Part shown: positions 14,101-25,418 of the stretch, piece by piece
Layout: every line of letters starts with the position of its first letter
How positions within the stretch are numbered: the stretch's first letter is position 1
Origin: Amoebophrya sp. A120
Taxonomy: Eukaryota > Protista > Dinoflagellata
Direction of reading: 5' to 3'
DNA length: 64,000 bases
NCBI GenBank assembly: GCA_905178155.1
Contig: CAJINV010000009.1
Location: forward strand, 1,361,907-1,425,906
Notes under the pieces: generated by a model
What the model saw: the letters and a program-made list of their open reading frames with translations, nothing else
Database searches by the model: none
What the model was told of the DNA's origin: nothing
Translations under genes and position numbers: made by a program

Positions 14101-14218
14101 TTCCGTGATGACCTGTGCGAATTACCTGAAGATGCCGCAATACTCCACCCCGGAAATTTTGGAAAAGAAGATGCTGCAAGCGATTTCGGGAGACGGCCAG
14201 TCGTTCCTACTTTCGTAG
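2160..14218 (+). CDS. TRIP12: HECT E3 ubiquitin ligase, TRIP12/Ufd4/UPL3-4 type (K/S-rich N-terminus, ARM repeats, C-terminal HECT); exons ~2160-2823, 3024-5337, 5502-10824, 11365-11703, 12230-12702, 13685-14218
   Basis: Family motifs: LVQKLMQIDFIDVAEQ and LQFLDFFHISLQRKA (ARM), RQKVRIQR, LEVEFSNEVGTGSGPTLEFY, LGQLVGKALLDQRLLDLP, FVTG, and LPSVMTCANYLKMPQYS with the catalytic Cys, ending SFLLS*. Five GT-AG introns (2824-3023, 5338-5501, 10825-11364, 11704-12229, 12703-13684) all match in phase. The exact start is uncertain. Confidence 0.93.
11020..11275. repeat. Degenerate ~50-bp minisatellite in HECT intron 3
   Basis: Core GTGTTTGACCAC at 11058, 11157 and 11208, with GTGTTGACCAC at 11261. 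Intervening sequences are related and GCATG-rich. Confidence 0.75.
11706..12150. repeat. Fold-back/MITE-like element in HECT intron 4: ~40-bp inverted repeats, internal 138-bp tandem duplication, and an inverted third copy
   Basis: 11706-11745 is near the reverse complement of 12024-12062. Units 11730-11867 and 11868-~12005 are tandem copies. 12063-12150 is the reverse complement of most of that unit. Confidence 0.8.
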
Positions 14219-14889
14219 GGGAGCGCAGCTTCACTTCTATGTTTGCGGTCCACTAGTGTTTGTCTCATGCCGCTAGAGCTGCTGATTTTCATACACTTCG
14301 TAGCGAGAAGCACTAGCAAAGGAAACAAGTAATAGCTAAACACAACAAGAAACTTGGACCAGGTTTTCTCCTACAAGTGTTTTTTTCAACTTTACTTCAA
14401 CCCAGGCGAGTTGAAACGAAAATACATAGGAAAAATAACACGAGGCTCTTTTTTCAGGCTACATGCGAGTCTGAAAAACTAGTTCAAATAAAGCGAGGAC
14501 AAGAAGTTTTTGACATTCGCAAAAAGATACATTCCCTGGTTATGGGCTTTTCGAAAAAACTCATTCTGTAATAAGCACGTGTAATCCTGTACTTCAACGA
14601 AAGCGACAACTGGGCTACACTTTTTTTATGCGGTACCCACACCAATTACGAGTTTTGTGCAGCAAACGTGAACTATGTGCAAGTCCCTGTTTTTGTTTGT
14701 GTTGTTGCTTGATGCGTTATTTTGATGCGGTTGGGTTTTGCATGAAGTGAAGCGGGATATCATTTTAGCCATGTTGTTGATCCTTCTGGAAGCGTCGTCC
14801 GGATGACATTGTGTAGTTTATTGTGCAGATGAATTCGCAGTAGAGGCTTGACATCTTGCATTTTCTTTCTTGGTGGAACAGCAACAGCG

Positions 14890-15200
14890 TTGAGTTCGTC
14901 GTTGAAAGATTGCGTCTATGTCCTCTTGCGTGTTTGTGTTTGTTCGTTTGCCTAGGCTTTAATGTTTTAGTAAAGTTGAACTGTCTCTAACTCTATAACT
15001 GCGCATCGTACCTCCATCTTCGTCGTCCTGGCGTCCATCTTTGTTCGTACAAATTGCAAAAGATCAGGTTGTTCAAATTCGTGCTTCAAAAGTGTCGTTC
15101 GCTCTGTAAAGACCCAACGTCTTGGTGGGTACTACTTTTCGTACGAATCGTTAATCGTCCGCATCGTGCTTTTCAACGTGTCGAAGATCAAGTTACCACT
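14890..15200 (+). promoter_or_regulatory. TCGT-rich upstream island (putative promoter) of the 15490 gene
   Basis: Dense + strand TCGT words followed by an A/C-rich, G-poor leader, then ATG. Confidence 0.45.
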
Positions 15201-15489
15201 CATATTTTTACGGGAATGATGGCTGTAGTTGCTGCTATGTACGGAAGTCTTCACACACGACGTTTTCTCACCAATTTCCACCACGCCAAGCAGAATCTAC
15301 CAACTGATACAAATTTCCACTTCACAAGTAACTATATTCAGAACAAGCAACTTAACTAACCGCGAACTTCAACTACGTAATTTTTCAGCATACGAGTCAT
15401 CATCATTAAATTTTTCAGCATACGAGTCATCATCATTATACTAGTAAATTTCATTTAACAGTAAAAACTTGAACTTCTGCTTCTCCAGG

Positions 15490-16477
15490 ATGGTGCAGGA
15501 ATTCCGTATTGCAGGGGAGGATGAGACCGAAGCGCCTGGCCTGTTAGGACTACTGATGAAGGCGGAGAGCAAGGAAATGAAGGAGGTGTTCATTTTCGAC
15601 ATGTCGGACTCAGAGGACGTGCATGAGGCTATGGGTACTATTCACTTTCTATCTATTTTCTTGGATTATTTGCGTTTCACTTTCAAAAAAGAAACTTATT
15701 GAAGGAATCGATCCCGCTTTTTCATATTCAAAATCAACATCACAGGTGAGAACGACGAGTACTGTCCGGATTGGGCATTTTACGAGACGAACGATGAACG
15801 GCCTGCTCCCGGTACAGTGTCCCTGCCGGAAAACTGGTTCCAAATGTCCTCCTGGTTCCTGCACATTTCTACGGACGGGCAAAGTCTTGTAATCATCGTC
15901 GTGATCATGCAGCAGTGCCAGTGGAGCGGTGGATTTTTTTCTCTGACGACAATTATCTCACTCATGGTCTGCAGCAAGCCAGACTTCGAAGCTCACGCGC
16001 TCGCCAGCGTTTCTCATTCTGTTCCCTGTCCGTGGATGCACTGCAGTCGTTTGCGGAAGCAGCCACCAGCGTTGGTGTGGGATAAAGGTATTTTTCGCGA
16101 TTTCTTTTGGTTTTTTTTCTATGTTTGCTGAGCCGCGTGCCCGCAGTCGACACGAGAAGTCTTGATCGCACCCTGAAAAAACTTCAAATCTAAAACCAAC
16201 AACAGGGGCGGGCAAGGGTGCCACGGCGAGCGAAATGATTCAGATGAAGATGCCAGGCAACGAAATTGTGTCCGAGGGTGGAAGTACTCCGCCAGACCTC
16301 ATGCATTTCTATGGTTTAACCAAAGCCGCAGCTTCTTACCAGGTGAAAGTGCTGATCTGGAGAGCCTGCCTTTTCCTCTACTTCACTCTGTTTGTGTCAT
16401 TTTTTGTTGAAGAGATCGCACCACTTTCATTCTCGCAGCATACACGCACGCGTACAGTAGCTACCACGTTACAGTAA
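15490..16477 (+). CDS. Tail-anchored 'MG|ENDEYCPD' family protein (family B); exons 15490-15634, 15746-16087, 16206-16477
   Basis: GT-AG introns 15635-15745 and 16088-16205 match in phase 1. Junction reads FDMSDSEDVHEAMG|ENDEYCPDW. C-terminal TM VLIWRACLFLYFTLFVSFF. Paralogs at 31433, 52141 and 55176. Confidence 0.65.
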
Positions 16478-16679
16478 AGTCCATGTTTCTGTCTGGTTGT
16501 ACACCCTGAACTGATCAGCCGGGATTTTCGATGTTGTTTCTTCGTATTGTCATGTCGCAACGAGTTGCAATTTTAGCTCTCCGCCTGCTTCTTGCGGTCC
16601 GCTGCTCTGGAGAATTTGTCGAGTTGTATTCAGCATAATTATTATGGCTAGAAGGCTCATCCTTGCCAAGAACAAACAG

Positions 16680-16970
16680 ATCGTTCGCATGTTGCAAGTA
16701 TGACCTTGCTGTGGGCTTCTCGTTTTCGTCGTGCTCCTTCATGTTCAAAGTGCACGCGCAATACTTTCGTGATAGGATATGTCAACTTCATCCTCGTCGT
16801 AGTCGTTCTTCGTGGCTAAGATAGTCATCCGTTCATCGTTCTTTTGTTGCGTTTTCGTTCTTTCTTGCTCGTGCAGACACCGTGCATTCTTTCGTACACA
16901 TTTTCTTCCTCGTCCGTCATAGAAGCATGTAGTATGCTAATAGAATCCTTCTTGTGCGTCGTCCTATTGA
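16680..16970 (+). promoter_or_regulatory. TCGT-rich upstream island of formin 17126
   Basis: Many TCGT words (ctcgttttcgtcgtg, tcctcgtcgtagtcgttcttcgtg) about 150-450 bp before the ATG. Confidence 0.45.
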
Positions 16971-17125
16971 TAAGCATCACATGATTGAATTTATCTAATT
17001 CAGGAAACTATTTACACAAACCAAATTTTCACCCTCTCACTTTCTTACTACGGTAAAACGACTACCACCGTCGCCAGCATTCGCAGCGTCATTGCAATTT
17101 TAAAACCTGAAACAACAAAGAGAAG

Positions 17126-19303
17126 ATGTCGATCGAATATAGTAGTTGTGTCGGGAAAGAGGAGGAAGAGGCGTGGGGATATAAGTGTAAAGTCCTGGAG
17201 AACCTGGTGGTCGCGAAGGAGGTAGTCAACCAGAAGCTCAGTGAAGACGTGACTAAATTGCGTCGAAAAGTGCTTGTTTCGGCTATGAAGGTGGAGTTGC
17301 TGTTAAAGCAGAAATTGAAAAGCCACACTGTGGAAAAAGCCCCGCAATCGAAGGACACTGGGTCTACGAGTGGTGGTTCATTAGACCACGAGAGCGGCGG
17401 CTCTATGTCAGATACTGAGTCAGAGGGTGTTTCTGCGGCCGGGTTTACTTCGCGCGGGCTGGGGCGAACCTGCTGTTCGGATGTTACAATTTTGCCTGAG
17501 GCGAACGAGTCCACCACACACACCACGTCCACGCTTCGGTTGCTTGCCCGCAGCAGCACCTCCTCCTGGGAAGTTTTGCCGCGGGCAGGAGCCACTACGC
17601 TGGAGCACGCTTGCGGAGCTACATCTTGCCTATCGGGTAGTAAGAATTATGCGGCCACTGCTGAACAGAAAGATGGAGCTGAAGCGGGCGGAAAGCTGGT
17701 TGAACTTGAAGCGAAGGAAGGAAAAAATGAGTCCGAAAAGAACGCGACAATGCCATCGGTTGGCGGTAAGGGGAAAGGCAAGTGCGCCGGACCCATTGCG
17801 GGCAAGGGAAAGGGCAAAGGGCCGGCCGTCGGTGGCAAAGGAGCAGCCGCACCTGCGGGGAAAGGGGGACGACACCTCCCGGGGAAAAAGACGGAACGAA
17901 AATTTCGCAAACCAGCGCTCAACCGAAGGGGAACGACGGTCAGTTTGTTTTATGACGCCAAGTACTTGCCCGTGGAAGACGAAGATTGTGGCAAGAGCGA
18001 GACAAAGGCGGCCACCGTCTGGGATACAGCCGTTGAACAAGAAATTTCTGCCGATACAATACAAGATATGTTCTCTACTGCCACAGGTGGGATGAAAAGC
18101 ACGAACAAAGCCAGCGAGCAGGCGGCTGTTGACGAGAAGGCTGACCTCTCGAGTACGAGTTGTGCGACGAAAAACCCAGTCACGTCCTCTCTTGCGGAGA
18201 GACCAGAGAGCGCAGTGCGCAGGTTCGAGTTTTTCTCCAAAGACGAAGTTATGCGAATCGGGGTGGGCAAGCGCAACCTACCAGAGGGGCGGGAAGCGCT
18301 GGGTGAGGCGATGAGGACCTTGCAGGGGATGAACCTGGAACAACTGGAGGCGCTGAAAAAACTTCTTCCGACAGAGGAGCGCATGACGGAGCTTCGGCAA
18401 AGCCTGAAGGAAAACCAGGAGGAGGCGGCAAAGCAAGGGCAAACGCTGAAGATTGGGAGGGTTGCGCGATTTTGCTTGGATCTCTTCGAGATCGACGAGC
18501 TCAGGGAGCGGCTCGATGTCTGGATGTTGCTGCTCGAGTTTGACACAAAAAGGACCGAAATCGCAAATCACTTGCAGCTAGTCGAGGACGCGAGCCGGTG
18601 GGTCCGTGGTGAAAAAGCTGTGGCGAAACTCCTGCACGGTATCGTCCAGATTGGCAATGCGCTTAACGTAGGGGCGAAAGCGAGGGAGCGAGCCGATGGG
18701 TTCGGCCTGGACATCTTGGCAAACGCAAAGCTGGAAGCTGTGAAGCCCACCAACGGCGGCGTCCTTCGCGACGTCCCGCGATTTTTCGCAGAGCACGCAC
18801 CCAACAAAGGGGACCTGCCGCCGGCAAGAAATTTAGTGGACATCATTGTGATGGCACAGAATCACACGGACTGCCGGAGGGTGTGTGCGGAGGGAAAGAT
18901 CCAGTTGGTAAAAGTTGCCGCAGGGATGGGTGCGGTTGAAATGGCGCGGCGAGCTGCACTGCTCAAGGCCGAGGTGGAAAGCCGGCTAGCGTTTATCAAC
19001 AAAAAAGAAGTAGCACGTGGCTCCGGTGCGGCAGGTGATAGCGTGAGTATCTCGGGGCTGGCAGCCAGCAAGCACTTCTTCGAAACCGAAGCTTTACCTC
19101 AGTGCGAAGCGCTGGTGAAAAAAAACCAAGAGGTGGAAAAAGATTTTGCGGCAACACAGGAGTACTTTCTAGACAAGATTCGTGACTACAAGGACTTCTT
19201 CGGCATCTTCACCCAATTCCTGGAATCTGTGCGAAAGAGCTATGACCACTGCAAGCCGCTGATAGACGAGATCGAACGAAAAAAGGCGAGAAACTACAAG
19301 TAG
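17126..19303 (+). CDS. Formin (FH2 domain) with N-terminal coiled coil and GKGKG-rich linker; intronless
   Basis: 725-aa ORF with FH2 signatures LKKLLPTEE, IVQIGNALNVG...ADGFGL, LEAVK and DFFGIFTQFLES. Confidence 0.85.
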   Translation: MSIEYSSCVGKEEEEAWGYKCKVLENLVVAKEVVNQKLSEDVTKLRRKVLVSAMKVELLLKQKLKSHTVEKAPQSKDTGSTSGGSLDHESGGSMSDTESEGVSAAGFTSRGLGRTCCSDVTILPEANESTTHTTSTLRLLARSSTSSWEVLPRAGATTLEHACGATSCLSGSKNYAATAEQKDGAEAGGKLVELEAKEGKNESEKNATMPSVGGKGKGKCAGPIAGKGKGKGPAVGGKGAAAPAGKGGRHLPGKKTERKFRKPALNRRGTTVSLFYDAKYLPVEDEDCGKSETKAATVWDTAVEQEISADTIQDMFSTATGGMKSTNKASEQAAVDEKADLSSTSCATKNPVTSSLAERPESAVRRFEFFSKDEVMRIGVGKRNLPEGREALGEAMRTLQGMNLEQLEALKKLLPTEERMTELRQSLKENQEEAAKQGQTLKIGRVARFCLDLFEIDELRERLDVWMLLLEFDTKRTEIANHLQLVEDASRWVRGEKAVAKLLHGIVQIGNALNVGAKARERADGFGLDILANAKLEAVKPTNGGVLRDVPRFFAEHAPNKGDLPPARNLVDIIVMAQNHTDCRRVCAEGKIQLVKVAAGMGAVEMARRAALLKAEVESRLAFINKKEVARGSGAAGDSVSISGLAASKHFFETEALPQCEALVKKNQEVEKDFAATQEYFLDKIRDYKDFFGIFTQFLESVRKSYDHCKPLIDEIERKKARNYK

Positions 19304-20169
19304 ATTTTGTCGTCGCGCGGTGGTGGTTGAGCCGGCATTTCTTTCCGTTACAGCCAGAAAAAGCAACTGAAGCGTTGCGGTGCGGCTCCTGGCGGGACTA
19401 GGTGGCATCTTAAATGCACCACCAAAAATTCGCTGCAGAAAAATCCGTGTACAATATTCAGTTTTTTTCCGTCACTGTCACTCAGTTTTCATCTTTCTTG
19501 TTGAGCCAAACTGGGTCTCGACCGATGTTATCAACTTTCAGTAAACCACATGAGAATCACGCGTTTCCGAATGATTTTTTGTAGATTGTTTTCATTTATA
19601 CGACCATTTTGAGGCTACCACGTCCAGTTTGAAGTGCAATTTTAATACGCTGAAAGATGCTACCTTTTTTGGGCAATTTGTTACAGTTTTTTCCATCATA
19701 TCAAATGTCATATTCTCATACGAACGCATTTACAAGTTGCAGAACCTCCGTCTGGACGAACGGGAAGGTTTTTTTTTCTCTACACATTCAACCGCAAGCA
19801 CCAACACACTTTCATGGTCAAGTACACATTCAACCGCAAGCACAAACATACAATCATGGTCAATAGCGTCAATATCCAATTCAATCTTTTCGAAAAAGAA
19901 GTAAAAGTAATTGCAAAGGGAAAGGTAAATTCTGAATAATGTTAAAACGGCTACCCCTACCCCTTCCTGATCCGAATCCCACCAGTGAACGAAATACCGT
20001 TCCCCTGAAATCCAAAAAGATACCGAAAACCAGAAATCAAAAGGCCCAGCAGACAGGGCGAGGAAGCGTGGACCTTTTCTTCCTCCGCGGACAGATGTAA
20101 CTTGAAATTGGTAGAGTGGTTGGTTGCAGATATCAAGCACTGTAGTTGTACTTCATCTTGTACACACAT

Positions 20170-20380
20170 CTTCGTACAGCGTAGATGAGAATATTATCCT
20201 GTACCGTCCAACAATCGTAGTTGTCGTTCCCAAGCCGGGCGCCAGTTTTCGTCAATTCGTTCTTACTCCCGCGTTTCGTTCAGTAAAAAGCGTGTTGTTT
20301 TCGTACTCTTGTGTCGTTCTTGCAACATCACATATTTCGTTCTTCTTCGTGCTGCAGGGAGTTCGTTTCCTGTCTTTTCA
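20170..20380 (+). promoter_or_regulatory. TCGT-rich upstream island of the 20581 gene
   Basis: TCGT cluster followed by an A/C-rich leader. Confidence 0.45.
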
Positions 20381-20580
20381 CATCCCGAAACTTTCTAGTT
20401 CTGACCTATTTATTGTCTTTTCGGCCCTCTTCCCAAGGAAAATCAACAGGAAAAAGCGCTCAGCTTATCTGCCACTAGTGCATTCACCCCTTAAAAAAGC
20501 AACGAAATAAATTTACCTCACTTTTGGAAACAACTAAACTTTTCACTTTCCGCCGAATCGCTTAAGTAGATCTGCCCAAC

Positions 20581-21532
20581 ATGGTGTTTTCGCTCTTTTC
20601 TGAGAAAAAGTCAGAATGGTCCCCACCCACATGGGACTTGCACTCCTGGTTTCAGCCGGATGCTCATGGTGCGGGGCGGAAAAACAACTACTTCGACTTT
20701 TCTGCATGCTTGGACTGCTTTTTTCGCGACAAAACCGTGGTGCCGGAGGACGGAATGCCATACGAAATCACGAAGTTGAAGAAGAAGAAGCAGGTCCATC
20801 AACCGTCGGCCACGAATCCTCCAAACACGAAAATCACCTTTGTTAGCGAGGTGGTTGATGTGGAACCATCTGCGGTACTGGAATCCGGGACTTGTTTTTT
20901 CGAAGGAGAGGAGGAAGTCTATGCCGAGGAGCGTGCCGCCGGAGATTTCCAGTATGACTCGGAAGATGAATCCGCTACAGTGATTGCCCGACCGGCGTTG
21001 GAAATTCGGAACTATTTCCACGAATACGAAGCAGATGATTGTTGTGCGGAGGTTGGAGACGAGGATGATGGACGCGGCGTGCTACTGACATTGCTGAACA
21101 AAGAGGAAGGTATTGACAATCTGCTGCTACTTCCACTAGGGGCTAGAGTCATTTTTTCTTCATGGATGTAGAAAGTGATTCCTTTGCGAGCACTTGCAAA
21201 TGAAATCCGAAAATGAAACCATCAATAAATCAGGGCATGAGGAAGGCGACCGCATGTCAGCTGCGACCACCACGGCCTCGGAGGAGGAACCGGAGGATTC
21301 GCAGGAGCCGCTTGTTTCTTCTGCCTCGCCATTGACCCCCGATTGTTCGTATGCACCGCAAGAGGAGGAGCAAGACCTTGTACTTGTTGCTACAGCTGAT
21401 ATGAAGCGAGACGGCGAAGAACTGGTACTTATTATTGTTACGTTTAGAAATCTACTGTTTGTCCAGCGTGTTGTGCGAATAGCAGAAGCCACAGTCGTGA
21501 ACGATTTGATAGAACCAGAAAGCGGGAAGTGA
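20581..21532 (+). CDS. Acidic uncharacterised protein (family E, paralog of 63418); exons 20581-21109 and 21234-onward; 3' structure uncertain, may extend past 21569
   Basis: Phase-1 GT-AG intron 21110-21233 joins two acidic ORFs. Shares EWSPPTWDLHSW, NYFDF..LD, VSEV and TVIA blocks with the 63418 ORF. Confidence 0.6.
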
Positions 21533-22189
21533 AATTGAATTTGAAATTCTTGCCCAAAAATACCTCAGGTCTCTCCTGTCATGGCTGTGTTGGAAACGAG
21601 CGCTCGTCGTGGTGACCAAGACCAACAAACTTTCTTGGAATTTTCCTTCGCTTTCCTGTTTGTGGGCCAATCTAGTTCGAAGACCGCGGAGATTTTTCTC
21701 TTCCAGCACTCCAGCTTGAAGTTCGACTACACGCAATGGCTTGACAACAACATGTCCTCGCATTGCTTTGTCGCTCTGGGGGATGAGGGAAAGCTGGAAC
21801 TCGTGCATCGCGTTTGCGTTGTCGAGTCTGCTCTACGCCTCTACTCTGCAGTACCCATTTTACCGTACGACACAACGCTGCCAGGAACCAACTCAAAATT
21901 GCGGTCTCTGGCGAATCCGGCAGATGAAACCAGCACTGAAAAACTTTTTTGGTGGACCTGCCTGTGCTTGAAGTTTCTCCTTGACCTACCATTTGTTGTT
22001 TCACACAACAGTTATTCCATTTCAGAAATTACCATGCAGCTATCCAGTTTCGAGCATTTTGCACATGTCGTTCAGTTTGTTTTCATGTTTCTCGTACGAG
22101 CGGTCGGTGTTTTCATTCTTATTCACGAGTATTCAAAGTAAGTACCAATTTCCCAAGCATGCACAGTACTGCTCTTTTTCGAATTTTTT

Positions 22190-22495
22190 TAAGTTACCCA
22201 AGTTACCAAGTAAATCAATATAGCGCAGCACGGCCCAGCCCCAGCGCAAGTACATTAGAGCTTGACGCTCCTCCCCCACTGAATTCGATTTTTACATGTG
22301 TGAAGGAGATTCACGCTGTGAAATATTTTGATTATCCCGAAGAGAAAAGAGCGAGGCCTTAGTTTGCTTGGACCTCAGTGCTTCGTCTTGGTTCTACGCA
22401 GTCAAGTAAGTCAAAGCCTGTGCATCGTTTCTAGTTCTTCTCGTCAAAGGCGAAGGTCTTCTTGTTGAATCTTCGTCCGGTTTCGAAAAAGCGAT
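22190..22495 (+). repeat. Diverged ~300-bp direct repeat, copy 1 (5' of Tpt1 22922)
   Basis: Collinear blocks shared with 24169-24503: aagttacccaagtt, caagtacattagagcttgacgctcc, ttatcccgaaga, tcaagtaag, ctcgtcaaa, tcttcgtcc. Confidence 0.8.
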
Positions 22496-22921
22496 CGCGT
22501 CATCGTTCATCCTCGTGTGTCGTACTTACAAACAATGATTTTTCGTCCTCCGGAATTATCTTCGTGCCGTTCCTGCTTGAATCACATTTCATTCGTCCGC
22601 TAGTTCCGTTGAAGTTTCGTGCTACCTTTTGTGCGTGCTCAGGATCAAGTTGGATTTCGTCCGCATGAATCGTGCTGCTTCGCTTTCTGCGTTTTGGTCG
22701 TGCCTGTTTGCGTCACAAACTGTTTCTCTGCGTGCTGGTGCTGCTTTGTTTTGTGAGTCTGATTCTCTTGTTCGACGTTTTCTTGCAGTACTCTGACTCT
22801 CCAGTTCCTTTGTGACTATGGTCCAAAAACCTATTTATTAATCAACTTACAATCGATTTTTTTCAAAAACTATTTTTTTTTTCATCCGTGCAAGAAGAAA
22901 TTTCATTTGTTTTCGCCAGAC

Positions 22922-24028
22922 ATGACGCTGAGTTCCCAGACGATCACGAAAATCTCCCGGGCGTTGAGCGGGCCCCTGAGGCACTGGCCCGGCATGCCAA
23001 GAGACGGAGCAGGCTGGGTGCCGCTGGCGGACGTCCGGGCGCGAGTGAGAGGCTTGCGGGGCGTAAGCTTGCGGGAGGTGGAGGAGGTGGTAGCGAGGGA
23101 CTCGAAGCAAAGGTATGAGCTGTCTTTGTGCCGGACGAAGATTCGAGCAGTGCAGGGCCATTCAGATTTGGGCGTGGAAATCGTGCACGAAAGAATCACA
23201 AAAGCGGAGAAGCTGAAGTGCGACATTTTACACGGAACCAGCAGAGCCTCCTGGGAGAAGATCAAGACAAGTGGAAGACTCGATCGCATGTCGCGGAAAC
23301 ACGTGCATCTGGCAGCCGGCTGGGAAGCAGTGTCCGGGATGCGGAAGGGATCTGAGGTCGTTCTCCAGATCGACGTAAAAAAGTCCATGGAGAAGTACGG
23401 CCTGCAATTCTGGAAGTCGAAAAATGCGGTGATCCTCACCGGTGGACCGATTCCGCTAGACTGTGTGCGATGCATCCGGGGTGAAGAGGAAGCAACGGGT
23501 TTCAGTGAAGTAGACCACAAAGTCGAAAACCACTGGAAGGAAGAGGAAGAGGATCTGAGCGCCACTGCGTCGACAAGTAGCACCAGCAAGTTCGAACAAG
23601 GCATGTTCTCAAGTACCAGAATGGTGGAGGCCAAAACTGATGCGAGTGACAAGAACGTCGATAGCAAGAGCACCATTGCGTCGACAGATGACGAGGCCGT
23701 CGAAGGGACAGGAAATAGAACCCACCAGACTCAGAATTTTACACAAAGCGGTTATTACCAGTCCCCTGTCGTGTACCACAGTAACGGTTTCAATTACACC
23801 TACTACTACCACAATCACTTTGCCTACCATCAGCAAAATATCCGAAGCAACCAGCTAGTGATGCCGACTGCTGTGGCCTATGCAGAAAAGCTGGCGGAGA
23901 GAGAACAAGCGGCAAGGGAAACAGAGGAGCGGCGGCGGAGGCATCAATCAGCCGAATTACAGCGCGACAACATCCTGCGCAAGTTACAAAACTTCCAAAA
24001 TCAAAAGAACTCATTCCAATTTCAGTAA
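22922..24028 (+). CDS. TPT1: tRNA 2'-phosphotransferase (Tpt1/KptA family) with low-complexity C-terminal tail; intronless
   Basis: Motifs SRALSGPLRH, D.AGWVPL, DSKQRYE, IRAVQGHS, LHGT, RMSRKHVHL and F.KSKNAVILT. The Arg-His-Arg-Arg catalytic tetrad is present. Confidence 0.92.
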   Translation: MTLSSQTITKISRALSGPLRHWPGMPRDGAGWVPLADVRARVRGLRGVSLREVEEVVARDSKQRYELSLCRTKIRAVQGHSDLGVEIVHERITKAEKLKCDILHGTSRASWEKIKTSGRLDRMSRKHVHLAAGWEAVSGMRKGSEVVLQIDVKKSMEKYGLQFWKSKNAVILTGGPIPLDCVRCIRGEEEATGFSEVDHKVENHWKEEEEDLSATASTSSTSKFEQGMFSSTRMVEAKTDASDKNVDSKSTIASTDDEAVEGTGNRTHQTQNFTQSGYYQSPVVYHSNGFNYTYYYHNHFAYHQQNIRSNQLVMPTAVAYAEKLAEREQAARETEERRRRHQSAELQRDNILRKLQNFQNQKNSFQFQ

Positions 24029-24168
24029 AACCATGTAAAGTTCTGATCAGTTGTCACATGCAGTTTCAGTTTCGCAATTGTACACTTTGAGTTCATCCAA
24101 GAAAATTTCAAGCTGCAGTAAATGTACAGGTTTACATGAACTACGACTATTCGTGCTTTCCTATTTTT

Positions 24169-24503
24169 CAAGTTACCCAAGTTGCCAAGTAGTTTCAAGT
24201 TACCCAGTATATCAGTTTAGCACGCCACCCAGTACAAGTACATTAGAGCTTGACGCTCCCCCCAATGTGAGTTCGATTTTTGCCAGTATGAAGGGGATTC
24301 ACAATGTGACCCATTTTGATTTTATCCCGAAGAAAGCGCTTAAGCTTCATGGATCTTGGAATATCCCAAAAGGTTCCATGGATCTCCGTGTTTCGTTTTG
24401 GTTCGACGCAATCAAGTAAGCCTGCGCATTGTAGTGTCTAGCTCTGCTCGTCAAATGCGAACAAACCTGTGTCGTGCACTCTTCGTCCCGCTTCTAAAAA
24501 GTG
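24169..24503 (+). repeat. Diverged ~300-bp direct repeat, copy 2 (3' of Tpt1 22922), running into the TCGT island 24448-24710
   Basis: Same collinear blocks as 22190-22495. Confidence 0.8.
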
Positions 24504-24893
24504 TCAGGTTCTTTCATTTTCAGCGCTAGTGTCGTCCTGCGTGACCCAACATATTTGCACATCGTACACAAAAATTTCATCGTCGTGCACTTTTTCGTCG
24601 TTCATAAAATTTCGTCGTCATCGTCCCCGTGTCGTTTTCCTCGTTCCCTGGTCACTGTGTAAACAAACTTGCACTCTTTACATTTTCATCTCCTACGGAT
24701 CGTTCGCATGATGATTTGTTTGGTTTTTGTTTACCACTTCTCAGTTCCTCTCCTTTTGAGAATTCAAATTCTAAAGGCCTCGGCCTCCACGGTTTGAAAC
24801 CAGTTGACTAACCAAAATCTGCTCTCAATTTCTCAAGCAGTTGTTGAAGAATCAATTTTTTCCCAGGAGCAACCGCAAGCCACTTGATACAAG

Positions 24894-25418
24894 ATGTGTC
24901 TGCAAAGCAAGGTTGTCGAGATCATCGATCTCGAGGCGCGGTCCCGAGGCGTTCCCATGCAGAAGTGTCCCTATGGGACTATTCCCGTGCCAGCGCATGT
25001 GGTGCAGTTTTCGATGGCCGATGAACAAAGTCCGGAACACAAAGACGGCGTCGAAATGTTGGCAGCGCAGGCACAAAAGCTCGCCCGGATGTTGACACCG
25101 GAACAGGAATATGGGCGCGACGTCGCGACCATCGTGTTTTTCTCGGCGCTTCTCCTCTTCTGGCTAGTGGTTTGCGGAGTTGCCATGGCGATGGAGTTGG
25201 TGTTGTGGAATTTTTAGCTGCAGGCGGGTGATGACGACCTCATGACCTGGTACGCAGATGCCGCTGGCGACACCCTGTCCCGTTCTTGCGACTCGAATGT
25301 CAGTGCTCTCGATTGCTGGTACAGCGACGAGCTGGAGTCAACTGCGAGTGACGTCTCGGGAAGCACGCATGCCACGACGTGGACCAACGTCAGCCACGGG
25401 CGATGGCTCAAGCAGTAA
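24894..25418 (+). pseudogene. Family A (single-TM WY/HGRW) copy with an in-frame TAG at 25215-25217
   Basis: Near-identical to 27378-27896, with TAG where the paralog has CAG. The frame continues intact to TAA at 25416-25418 (WTNVSHGRWLKQ*). Confidence 0.75.

Noticed and set aside
19497-19514. Minus-strand CCAGTTTGGCTCAA resembling the dinoflagellate spliced leader
   Set aside because: Wrong strand for local genes, in a 3' flank, and short enough to be chance.
22190-24503. LTR retrotransposon
   Set aside because: No TG...CA ends, primer-binding site, or gag/pol; the enclosed ORF is Tpt1.
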